From Minisyncoccota bacterium (GTDB lineage: Bacteria > Patescibacteriota > Minisyncoccia > Phycocordibacterales > UBA5272), in NCBI GenBank assembly GCA_043784805.1, contig JAYVXX010000111.1, forward strand, positions 1-39,176: a stretch of DNA of 39,176 bases, written 5' to 3'. How positions within the stretch are numbered: position 1 is the first letter of the stretch; each line of letters begins with the position of its first letter. Under the pieces are notes generated by a model that ran no database searches, was not told the origin of the DNA, and worked only from the letters and a program-made list of their open reading frames with translations. Made by a program: the position numbers and the translations under genes. Positions 17,135-25,752 of the stretch are shown here, one piece after another.

Positions 17135-17977
17135 ACAAAATTGCCCACCCGCCATCTGGACGACAACGGGGTTGCCCGCTATGAGTTTGGTTCTATCACC
17201 GAATGCGTTGAATGTGCTTACTCTGATGAGCTACGTGACCCGGTGAATCGGAAGCTTGCTGGCTCATATCCGGAGAAGGGTAGGGAGAAATTTTTCAATT
17301 ATCAGAATCGCGACACCCTCATGGCGGCACTCGACAAGACACCGCGTCACTTACTTAATGCGGTGGCAGACGTCAAGGAGCGTATCGAGTCACGTATTGA
17401 GATGCCCGTAGCTCCACGCCGGAAGCGCAAATATGGTATGGACCAAGGGGATGAACTTTCCCTGGATGCTTGGGTGCAGCGTAACCCGGAAGGGTGGACG
17501 GACATGGTCAGGGAGAACAAACCTAAGCACGTGGTGCGTATCGGAATCAACGTCGCTATTATGTGCACCAAAAAGCCAAAAGATTTGCTGTATAGGGGTG
17601 CCGCAGCTGCCGCTCTAGCCGATATCGTCACCACTAAAGGGTATTCCGCTGAGGTCACCGTATTCGATGCCCGCGTTGGCCTAACATACAAGGAACCAAA
17701 ACACCTACAGATAATCACGGCCAAGCCTGCCAACGCTCCATTGGACTTAGGGGCCATAGCGGTGGCAGCTAGTGAGATTGGATTCTTTCGGGTTATCCAC
17801 CTTATCAACGCCTGCCGTCTGGCTGAAGGTCAGGTTAACGATGATCAAGGCCAGGTGAGCTCTATCTTTGAAGAGTATCGTCGTGGCTATGACGCCATCC
17901 TAGATGGCAACGTGTTTACTATCGACGATGCGGAACGTTTTGTGCTGGCTCAGCTAGCCAAACTGGAGGAAAAGTAA
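17132..17977 (+). CDS. Hypothetical protein, likely partner of the AAA+ ATPase (possibly a degenerate VWA/CobT-like alpha/beta domain)
   Basis: A 281-aa ORF with its own promoter and leader. The segment VVRIGINVAIMCT...AAAALADIV..GYSAEVTVFD looks like a VWA beta1-alpha1-beta2 unit lacking the DxSxS MIDAS motif. This reading is weak and made by eye only. Confidence 0.5.
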   Translation: MTKLPTRHLDDNGVARYEFGSITECVECAYSDELRDPVNRKLAGSYPEKGREKFFNYQNRDTLMAALDKTPRHLLNAVADVKERIESRIEMPVAPRRKRKYGMDQGDELSLDAWVQRNPEGWTDMVRENKPKHVVRIGINVAIMCTKKPKDLLYRGAAAAALADIVTTKGYSAEVTVFDARVGLTYKEPKHLQIITAKPANAPLDLGAIAVAASEIGFFRVIHLINACRLAEGQVNDDQGQVSSIFEEYRRGYDAILDGNVFTIDDAERFVLAQLAKLEEK

Positions 17978-18055
17978 GATGATCGCATACTACACAGATA
18001 ATGTCATATGGTTTGGTCTAAAGGTACTCACCACTGAGCCAGAGACTGCTATGGC

Positions 18056-18241
18056 ATGGCTGAGCTAGTGTCCCTAAGAGCTAATTCCAACAACCACTCC
18101 ATCAAGTATTTCCACTACAATGGTGCAAACCCGTTTGCTGGCAAGTCATTAGTAGTCTTCACCGCCGCAGTATCTGGCCATACTACCTTCAAGGATGTGC
18201 GTGATATCATCGTCAACCGAGTTACCTTAACTAACGATTAA
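18056..18241 (+). CDS. Hypothetical small protein (61 aa)
   Basis: An ATG ORF in an otherwise empty 350-nt gap with no clear SD. A 29-codon ORF at 17979-18068 overlaps its start. Confidence 0.3.
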   Translation: MAELVSLRANSNNHSIKYFHYNGANPFAGKSLVVFTAAVSGHTTFKDVRDIIVNRVTLTND

Positions 18242-18268
18242 GTCCAAGAAATTATGGTTAGAAAATGC

Positions 18269-18297
18269 TTTACCTTATGGTGAAGATCGGTTAAGAT
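18269..18297 (+). promoter_or_regulatory. Candidate sigma70-type promoter TTTACC-17-TAAGAT
   Basis: -35 at 18269-18274 and -10 at 18292-18297. It lies 32 nt upstream of ATG 18329. Confidence 0.45.
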
Positions 18298-18305
18298 TGC
18301 GAGTC

Positions 18306-18331
18306 TAAACTAGTAAGAGAATACCCATATG
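18306..18331 (+). promoter_or_regulatory. Leader/RBS cassette variant TAAACTAGTAAGAGAATACCCATATG
   Basis: A degenerate copy of the conserved leader, ending in ATG 18329. Confidence 0.45.
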
Positions 18332-20404
18332 ACCATAGATTCTGTAATCTCACGGCAGGTACTTACACCACTATCCAAAGCTACTTCTACGCTCTTGGAG
18401 CCGATCAAGCTATTCGCCAACGATTATCTGGAGCTAGAGTTAGACAAGACTCTCCGTTGGTTCGTGTCTACAGCCATAAGTTACCGCCCATACTCTGGTG
18501 TGCTTTCAAACTACTACACGGAAGCAGACATAGTAGACTTCAACGGTAGGATGTGGCTCAAGGATGGCTCAGCTTCCGGCAACGCTGCTCAGGGGTGGGT
18601 AAAGAAGGTGCCGGAGAAGTCTGAGATCGGGTTTGGCAAGTGGAGGCTTGCTGCCACAGACTTCACCGCCCTTATCATCTCTCAGAACTGGCCAGAAAAT
18701 AAACTTATCTTCCGGAGTGAAGAAGCTGAGATGTTATATAGGCTGCTCCTGCAGCGATTTGCCGCGACGCAAAGACAGTTAGAGCTAGCGGCACACTTTA
18801 AGCATTCTCAGAACGCTCCGGTGATGCCGGCTGACTACATTCCACACTCTGAATCCCCGCTACTACCTTACCAGCAAGTAGGATTGCTGATGTCCCTCAT
18901 GCAACCAGCGTTTGCGCTCTTCATGGAGCAAGGTACAGGAAAGACAGGAGTGACAGTATCTAGGTGGAATCTGGAAGCTATGCGCAAGCGCAACGGACCT
19001 AACAAGCAGATATACAAGACGCTGGTGATCTGCCCCAATCAAGTTAGGTCTAACTGGACTGACGAGTCAGCAAAATTCTCCGTGGTGCCGGGCAAGGTCA
19101 CGGTCATAAGGGGTGGCATAGACCAACGCAGGAGACTACTGCTGGACGCCATCCGGCACGAAGATGACTGTTTGTGGGGTACTGCTATTATCGGAGTAGA
19201 TTCAGTGGAGTCTACGTTAGAAGTGCTGAAGATGGTAGCCTGGGATTTGATTGTAGTAGATGAGGCTCATCTACTAAAGAACTCCCGCACATCTCGATGG
19301 AAAGCAGCGTCAGAGCTACGTGGTGTCTACGTCCGTCAAGTAATGCTACTCACAGGCACGCCGATAGCTAATACAATCATGGACTTGTGGGCCCAATTTG
19401 AACTGATGGGTGAAGGGTACTCTGGATTCATGAGCTTTGCTAACTTCAAGAAGTTCTATGGGGTGTACATCAAGCAGACTTCTCCCACTGAAGGTACATC
19501 CATCGAGAAGTTAGTTAGTATCAAGAATGTCCCACTCATTCAGGAACGGCTGGCTAGACTTAGTTTCATGATCACTAAGAAGGATGCCAACCTACAGCTG
19601 CCAGACATAGTGGAAGACGTAATAGAAGTCACTATGACTCCGGTGCAAGCTACTTGGTATAAGACAATCAAGGACCAATTAGTGCTGGAGCTGAAGGAGA
19701 TTCTGGATGGTACAGAAGGTCCACGTAGGATCATGGCCGACCACGTGCTGACCAAGCTACTTAGACTAGCACAGATAACTTCCGGAAATATCCGTTGGGA
19801 TGAGGTCATAGATATTGAGGGTAAGATATTAGCGGAGAGTAGAACTGAAGCTATTCCTGGACCTAACCCCAAGCTTGACGCACTACAAGAGCTGTGGGAA
19901 GATGAGGGACGTGACCCACTAGGTAAGAAGATCATCTGGGCTACTTTCGTGGCGGACATACATAGCATCTCTACTAGGCTCACCACCCTAGGCATCAAGC
20001 ACGTACTCTACCACGGCGAGGTGCCGGACAAAGACAGAGACAAAGTCATCTATCAATTCAACAACGATCCAGATACCAAGGTACTAGTAGGAACTCAGGC
20101 GACGGCTGGTACAGGTACTAACTTGCTGGGATACCCTCCGGAACGTCCTGACTCAGTAGACACCTACGTGGATCACGTGATAATCATTTCTCAGGGCTGG
20201 CAGCCAGTGTTACGCAGCCAGAGCATAGCCAGAGCGCATCGCAAGGGTGCAAGGTGTCCTAATTTGCGCATCACCGATGTGGTAGTGCCAGGCACAGTAG
20301 ATGAAGAAATCAGAGATAAAGTGCGTCAAAAGGTACAGACAGCCACACAGATTCAAGACCTGCGTGAAATTCTAAAGAATGTCTTGGAGAAAGAATTAGT
20401 ATGA
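18329..20404 (+). CDS. SNF2-family (SF2) helicase/translocase
   Basis: Motif I is MEQGTGKTG, motif II VVDEAHLLKN, motif III LLLTGTPIANTIMDLW, and motif VI QSIARAHRKG. Confidence 0.9.
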   Translation: MTIDSVISRQVLTPLSKATSTLLEPIKLFANDYLELELDKTLRWFVSTAISYRPYSGVLSNYYTEADIVDFNGRMWLKDGSASGNAAQGWVKKVPEKSEIGFGKWRLAATDFTALIISQNWPENKLIFRSEEAEMLYRLLLQRFAATQRQLELAAHFKHSQNAPVMPADYIPHSESPLLPYQQVGLLMSLMQPAFALFMEQGTGKTGVTVSRWNLEAMRKRNGPNKQIYKTLVICPNQVRSNWTDESAKFSVVPGKVTVIRGGIDQRRRLLLDAIRHEDDCLWGTAIIGVDSVESTLEVLKMVAWDLIVVDEAHLLKNSRTSRWKAASELRGVYVRQVMLLTGTPIANTIMDLWAQFELMGEGYSGFMSFANFKKFYGVYIKQTSPTEGTSIEKLVSIKNVPLIQERLARLSFMITKKDANLQLPDIVEDVIEVTMTPVQATWYKTIKDQLVLELKEILDGTEGPRRIMADHVLTKLLRLAQITSGNIRWDEVIDIEGKILAESRTEAIPGPNPKLDALQELWEDEGRDPLGKKIIWATFVADIHSISTRLTTLGIKHVLYHGEVPDKDRDKVIYQFNNDPDTKVLVGTQATAGTGTNLLGYPPERPDSVDTYVDHVIIISQGWQPVLRSQSIARAHRKGARCPNLRITDVVVPGTVDEEIRDKVRQKVQTATQIQDLREILKNVLEKELV

Positions 20405-20805
20405 CATCCAGAGTATTTCTAGTTGAACCTAGTAAGGGATTTTCCCTTGATCCGCTGGTCAAATACTCTCCTGCTGGAGAAGTAGTTTGGGCAGCATATG
20501 GCCCAGTGGTCTATGTCTTGGAGCTGAAGGAAAAGCAGAATATGTCGGCCAAGATTGTAGAGTACCAGTCACAGATCAACCCATTGTTTCCTGATGAAGC
20601 GTGTAAGATCATCTTGGATAACCTAGCCAAGCATCACTTTGACCCAAAGTATGACTACATCTGTATGACCGGCCAGCTCCTGAAGGTAGCCTACTTGCTT
20701 GCTGTGGTATCGGCTAACTGGCCAGCCGTGCAGTTATTACTCTTTGATGCCCGTAACGGTGTCTATGTAACACGTAATTGGGAGACACCACAATGGAAGA
20801 CTTGA
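20401..20805 (+). CDS. Hypothetical protein (134 aa)
   Basis: ATGA overlap with the SNF2 gene. No family recognised. Confidence 0.6.
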   Translation: MTSRVFLVEPSKGFSLDPLVKYSPAGEVVWAAYGPVVYVLELKEKQNMSAKIVEYQSQINPLFPDEACKIILDNLAKHHFDPKYDYICMTGQLLKVAYLLAVVSANWPAVQLLLFDARNGVYVTRNWETPQWKT

Positions 20806-21326
20806 ACCAATTGTTTCGGTTGACGAATGAGCTACGCAAGCTTCACCATGATTTCTACAATCACCTATCGTTAGTAGGTGACAGGATGAAGCAGCAAAAG
20901 TATTCTCCATCAGAGCTAGTAGATTTAGGATTTCTGTGTCGTGAAGCAGAGACTCTACTAGATGACTGGAGAAAAGATGCCAAGGCTAGGAAGGAGATTG
21001 CTGGCAGTTTGATTGCTATGAAAGTGACCCAAGATTCCGTGTCCAACCCTAATACTCCCGACACGGTCAAGGGTACTTTGGCTAGAGCTACGGCCCAGTG
21101 CCGTATGGCTCCAGTGTTACCTAGTAGGACTTCACCGGAGTATATTATGTTGCTGAAGTCGTTGGGCTTCACCGATCAAGTGATCGGCAAGAAGTATGTT
21201 GACATACATTGGAAGCACCTTGAAGAGCACGTCACGGAGTTAGCTGAGGCTGGACTCCCCATGCCGTCTGGACTAGGTAAGACTTTCCCAACGTTTACAG
21301 CAACATTCACCCGTCTATCCAAGTAG
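20793..21326 (+). CDS. Hypothetical protein (~177 aa)
   Basis: ATG at 20793, with an alternative ATG at 20778. Both overlap the upstream gene end. Confidence 0.55.
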   Translation: MEDLNQLFRLTNELRKLHHDFYNHLSLVGDRMKQQKYSPSELVDLGFLCREAETLLDDWRKDAKARKEIAGSLIAMKVTQDSVSNPNTPDTVKGTLARATAQCRMAPVLPSRTSPEYIMLLKSLGFTDQVIGKKYVDIHWKHLEEHVTELAEAGLPMPSGLGKTFPTFTATFTRLSK

Positions 21327-21353
21327 ATAGACCTTAAAGATAGGAAGTGTTTT

Positions 21354-22205
21354 ATGTCTCGCACAGATAAGAAGGATATTCAGAAGGTGCCCGGAACTAT
21401 GGCCGGTGCATCAGCTCTGTCTAGGTTCGCAGAGTCAGACAACTCTATGTCGCTGATCAAGCAATATAGAGTTGTACCACGACTGAAGTACATTCAAGGG
21501 TTGAGTGATCCTAACCTCAAGAAGCAATTCGGTGAGGGTGCGGTTATTGTAAGACCTGGTGATGCGCTCGTGGCCAAGGATGCCGATCATCCATTCCTGT
21601 TCGTGCCGCAATTCTTCTTCAGTGAGTTCTGTAAGTGGTCTGACCGTCGTGACAAAGAGCAGCCGTCCATCGTTGAACGTAGCTATGACCCTACTAGCAA
21701 CCTGGCTAAGCTCTGCGGCGACAAGAACAAGCGTGATCTCATCTATTCTGGTCACGAGTCTAGGACAGCCAAAGAGCAGTGGCACTATAAGCACGTGCAG
21801 CACTTCTGCTTTCCCGGCTTAATTTATGGTGATCACCCGCTTGCTGGCGAGTCAGTAGTTCTGTCGTTTGAGCGTGGCGAGTGGATCACAGGCCGGCAGT
21901 TCATCGGTGCAGTAGGGATGCGACGTCATGAAGGTCACCGCGTTCCGCTGTGGGCACAGGTGTGGAAAATGACTCCGGCACTACGCAAGAATGATCAAGG
22001 TAGTTGGTACGCTCTGGACTACTCTGCGCCAGAACAACCAGTAATCCTGGAATCGGAGATGGATTCCTACTTTGCTTCTCATCAGGAGTTGGCCCATCTC
22101 CATGAGGAGAATCGACTCAGGGTGGACTTCACTGACGACAAAGAAGGGAGCGAACCAGAGCAGTCATCTGGCGACGGTGTAGTTGATCCAGCAGATTCTA
22201 TGTAA
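21354..22205 (+). CDS. Hypothetical protein with acidic C-terminal tail (possible ssDNA-binding/annealing protein)
   Basis: 283 aa, located between the helicase and primase genes. The C-terminus DDKEGSEPEQSSGDGVVDPADSM is acidic, like phage SSB tails. The functional call is speculative. Confidence 0.5.
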   Translation: MSRTDKKDIQKVPGTMAGASALSRFAESDNSMSLIKQYRVVPRLKYIQGLSDPNLKKQFGEGAVIVRPGDALVAKDADHPFLFVPQFFFSEFCKWSDRRDKEQPSIVERSYDPTSNLAKLCGDKNKRDLIYSGHESRTAKEQWHYKHVQHFCFPGLIYGDHPLAGESVVLSFERGEWITGRQFIGAVGMRRHEGHRVPLWAQVWKMTPALRKNDQGSWYALDYSAPEQPVILESEMDSYFASHQELAHLHEENRLRVDFTDDKEGSEPEQSSGDGVVDPADSM

Positions 22206-22216
22206 GTAGTAAGCAC

Positions 22217-22254
22217 ATACATAGACTTGCTAAATTCTTAGCAAGTCTATGTAT
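22217..22254 (+). terminator. Strong hairpin (17-bp perfect stem, ATTC loop), terminator-like
   Basis: ATACATAGACTTGCTAA (22217-22233) pairs with TTAGCAAGTCTATGTAT (22238-22254) and is followed by TTACTC. It starts 12 nt after the stop at 22203-22205. Confidence 0.6.
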
Positions 22255-22269
22255 TTACTCAGGGCAATC

Positions 22270-25125
22270 ATGAAATCAGTGCCAATTGAGAACATCAACG
22301 CTCTGGCTGAACTGGAGCGATTGAAATGGGCTTGGAGCGCATCAGGCGATAATGAAGTCAGTATTTGCTGTCCTGTACACAAGGAGACTAATCCATCAGC
22401 GTTATTAAACACTGACAAGAATCTATGGAAATGCCAAGTGCCGTCTTGTAGCGGTAAGGGCGACATAGTGAACCTACTTTGTCATATCACGCTCACAGAT
22501 CGCAACGTGATGCTTGCTGATTTGTCAGAACGTTACGATCTGTATGAGGTCAAAGCTCTTAATCCAAGCATGGTAGAGACACTTCATGAACATATTTGGG
22601 AAGCTGGACCACTACTAAAAGCATTGTACGATCGTGGACTAACTGATGGAGATATTAGACGGGCAAAGCTAGGATTCAACGGAAAGCGTATCACCATACC
22701 AGTCTATGATGAAAAGCGCAATGTAGTGAATGTTCGCAAGTATCTTCCCGGTGCACCTGGCCCAGAGAAGATGATCAACACGTCAGGGTACAGCAAACCT
22801 AGAATATACCAGATTGAAGATGTAGTACAATTTGACAGTGTATGGTTACTAGGTGGTGAGTGTAAAGCTATAGTGGCTCGCAGACTACTTAACCCTCACG
22901 GAATAGGAGCTTGCAGTATTACGGCTGGTGAAGGTTCTTGGGAACATGAATTTGGAAAACTATTCCAAGGAAAGAATGTCTATGTTGCGATGGACGTGGA
23001 TAAGGCTGGGACGTTGGCTGCGAGAAAACTTGCTGAGAAGCTTATATCATTCACCAAGAATGTATACATCATCAACTTACCGCTTGACATTAAAAAATAC
23101 CCCAAGGGTGATATCAACGATTTTGTGGGTAATGAGGGTGCCACGGATAAAGAGTTACTTGCGATTACGCCGATACCGTTCACACGTGTCGTCACGCCTC
23201 AAGAGCAGCACGACCTAGGAGAAGTGAACACCAAGCTACTTCACGCAGCTAGGTCTGAGAACGTAGGTAGGAAGATATGTTTGGAAGCTGTAGTACACGC
23301 AAAGGTAGACCCACCCTACATAGTACCTAAGAACGTAGGTATTGAATGCACTAGAGATCAACCTAACTGTGAATGGTGTCCAGTAATGTCCAAGGAGCCA
23401 GATGATAAGAATGGTCTGACTTGGCTTACGGTGAAGGGCACATCACCCGGTTTGCTACAGATGATCGCCGCACCTATTAAGCAGATGCGAGATGCTATGC
23501 GTGAAGCTTTGGGCGTGCCAGTCTGTAAGGTAGCTGAGTTCACGGTGAAAGACCACCTCGACGTAGTAGATGTCAGGTTGTCTCCGCAAATTACTACAGA
23601 CGGCTCAAACGCAGATCACGTAGTGTTACCAGCCTATATCGTAGACAGGCCGGTGGACATAAACACTCCCTATAAGCTGACAGGCAGAGTATACCCGCAT
23701 CCTAAGAATCAGCAAGCTATTCTCTTGTTAGATGAAGTGACAGTAGCTGCAGATAGTCTGGACTGTTTCGATGATTCAGATATGTCAGAGCTGAAGATTC
23801 TCCAGCCAGTAGAGAATTCACTTGCTGGTATACAGATGAAGCTTGATGAAATCTATTCAGACTATGAAGCTAATGTAACTAATATCTATCAGCGTAGAGA
23901 CTTTCACTTATCGCTTGACCTGATGTATCACTCAGTGCTTTATATGGAGTTTGACGGTAAGCAGCAAAACGGATGGGTAAACGTCATCGCCGTAGGAGAC
24001 TCAGGACAGGGTAAGTCAGAAGCTAGTACAAGAATGAGAGATCACATAGGGTTAGGTGAGAGAGTAGACTGTAAGACCGCCAGCGTTGCTGGCCTACTAG
24101 GTGGTGTGCAAGACCTTAGTGGTCGATGGTTCGTGACATGGGGTGTCATTCCTATGCATGACCGTCGTGCGGTTATCCTTGAAGAAGTGAAGGGCGCATC
24201 GACTGAGACGTTGGGCACACTCACTGATATGCGTAGCTCCGGCAAAGCACAGATCAACAAGATAGCTAAGCATACAGCCTATGCCCGCACCCGGCTGTAT
24301 ATGATGACCAACGCTAGGGGCAAAGCCAAAATGTCTGATCACAACTTTGGTTGTGAAGCTATCTTGGAAGTGATGGGATCACTTGAAGACGTTAGACGGT
24401 TTGATGTCGGTATTATTCTCTCAGAGAATCAGATCAACGCAGCTGACATTAACAAGCTCAAAGAAGATCGACCAACTTGCGAGCATACCTACACTTCAGT
24501 GATAGCTAGAAAAGCTGTGCTATGGGCTTGGACCAGAAAGCGGGATCAAGTAATCATCGACCCAGACGCACAGAAAGAATGTATCTATGCCAGTAACTTA
24601 ATGTTCAGCAAGTTTGATGAGTCTATGCCACTAGTAGACAAGGGTACTATGAAGTACAAACTGGCCAGACTCGCCACAGCTCTGGCAGCAAGGTTATACT
24701 CTACCACAAACGATGGCAAGATGGTAATGGTTAAGAAGTGCCACGTAGAATATGTAGCGGCATGGATTGATCGGATGTACTCTGATAAACACTTTGGCTA
24801 TGTGGACTACTCACGAGCCAAGAGATATCAGGTACAAGTCATTGACCCTAATATAGTGCGTAGAAACTTGCTGGCTACCAAGCACCCGGCAGACTTAGTA
24901 GAGAACATCACTCACGCTACTGAGATCAACATCAATGATGTGATGGATTGGACAGAGACAGACTTTGCCGGTGCCCAACAACTACTATCGTTCCTGGTGC
25001 GCAAGCACGCCTTGTATCGTGTAAAACGATGGTATGTCAAGACGTCAGAATTCATTGAGTTACTAAAGCAGATGAGGATTGAAGGTATACCAACTGAACC
25101 AGAGATTGGAGAAGATAGACTATGA
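22270..25125 (+). CDS. DNA primase (CHC2 zinc finger + TOPRIM) fused to MCM-like AAA+ helicase
   Basis: Zinc finger: CCPVHKETNPS...WKCQVPSCSGKGD. TOPRIM: GGECKAI and YVAMDVDKAG. C-terminal module: Walker A AVGDSGQGKSE, SVAGLLGGV, Walker B-like AVILEEVKG, MMTNARG, and the Arg finger-like VRRFDVGIIL. Start ATG 22270 is preferred because ATG 22249 lies inside the hairpin stem. Confidence 0.85.
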   Translation: MKSVPIENINALAELERLKWAWSASGDNEVSICCPVHKETNPSALLNTDKNLWKCQVPSCSGKGDIVNLLCHITLTDRNVMLADLSERYDLYEVKALNPSMVETLHEHIWEAGPLLKALYDRGLTDGDIRRAKLGFNGKRITIPVYDEKRNVVNVRKYLPGAPGPEKMINTSGYSKPRIYQIEDVVQFDSVWLLGGECKAIVARRLLNPHGIGACSITAGEGSWEHEFGKLFQGKNVYVAMDVDKAGTLAARKLAEKLISFTKNVYIINLPLDIKKYPKGDINDFVGNEGATDKELLAITPIPFTRVVTPQEQHDLGEVNTKLLHAARSENVGRKICLEAVVHAKVDPPYIVPKNVGIECTRDQPNCEWCPVMSKEPDDKNGLTWLTVKGTSPGLLQMIAAPIKQMRDAMREALGVPVCKVAEFTVKDHLDVVDVRLSPQITTDGSNADHVVLPAYIVDRPVDINTPYKLTGRVYPHPKNQQAILLLDEVTVAADSLDCFDDSDMSELKILQPVENSLAGIQMKLDEIYSDYEANVTNIYQRRDFHLSLDLMYHSVLYMEFDGKQQNGWVNVIAVGDSGQGKSEASTRMRDHIGLGERVDCKTASVAGLLGGVQDLSGRWFVTWGVIPMHDRRAVILEEVKGASTETLGTLTDMRSSGKAQINKIAKHTAYARTRLYMMTNARGKAKMSDHNFGCEAILEVMGSLEDVRRFDVGIILSENQINAADINKLKEDRPTCEHTYTSVIARKAVLWAWTRKRDQVIIDPDAQKECIYASNLMFSKFDESMPLVDKGTMKYKLARLATALAARLYSTTNDGKMVMVKKCHVEYVAAWIDRMYSDKHFGYVDYSRAKRYQVQVIDPNIVRRNLLATKHPADLVENITHATEININDVMDWTETDFAGAQQLLSFLVRKHALYRVKRWYVKTSEFIELLKQMRIEGIPTEPEIGEDRL

Positions 25126-25586
25126 AACAAGTAAGAGACTTTCACAAGAAGTATGGTCTGCCGGTAGATGAAAACCTGCACGACCACAGTGGTATAGATA
25201 CTACACACTCTTTGAAGCTTCTGGCGGCAGAGATTCATACTATCACAGAAGATAGTTTGGAGAGAGCAGTAAGTACACGCAATGGTGGCGACCACCGATT
25301 GTGGCGTATGCATCTGTTACTAGGCGAAGTTGCGGAGATGGCCCAGAGCTTAGCAGATCGCAACGAGATAGAACTTGCTGACGCTCTGGGCGACTTGGAC
25401 TATGTAGTCAAGGGTACAGCGGTGACGTATAACATACCCTTAGACTATGTAGCGACAGAGATACACAAAAGCAATATGACCAAGCAACTATGTCTCCGTC
25501 CCAAAGGCCCAGACTACGTTCCGCCGGACATAGAAGGAGCTATAAAGAAGGGCAGAGAGTTAGCGGGGGGTGGGAAGCATGAGTAA
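25122..25586 (+). CDS. MazG-like (all-alpha) nucleoside triphosphate pyrophosphohydrolase
   Basis: LLLGEVAEMAQSL...ELADALGDLDYVVKGTA...IHKSNMTK shows the EExxE...ExxD metal-binding helix pattern of the MazG/dimeric dUTPase superfamily. Confidence 0.75.
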   Translation: MKQVRDFHKKYGLPVDENLHDHSGIDTTHSLKLLAAEIHTITEDSLERAVSTRNGGDHRLWRMHLLLGEVAEMAQSLADRNEIELADALGDLDYVVKGTAVTYNIPLDYVATEIHKSNMTKQLCLRPKGPDYVPPDIEGAIKKGRELAGGGKHE

Positions 25587-25704
25587 TTCCAAGGATTTAA
25601 TTCGTTTAGAAGATGCGGCGAAACTGTGCATGCCTTCCAAGTCAGGTAAGACACCTCATTTTAGTACACTTTGGAGATGGTGCAGAAAATCAGTTGTACG
25701 CTAA
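25579..25704 (+). CDS. Small HTH-like ORF (41 aa), not in the ORF track; possibly a truncated DUF1580/excisionase-like DNA-binding protein
   Basis: ATG 25579 overlaps the MazG stop. The translation is MSNSKDLIRLEDAAKLCMPSKSGKTPHFSTLWRWCRKSVVR. The H.ST.WRWCRK pattern is recalled from DUF1580-type HTH proteins, which normally continue for ~30 more residues. Confidence 0.4.
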   Translation: MSNSKDLIRLEDAAKLCMPSKSGKTPHFSTLWRWCRKSVVR

Positions 25705-25752
25705 AAAATTTAAGCTTAGAAAAGCTTATGTTAAACTTATTAGGAGTAGACA

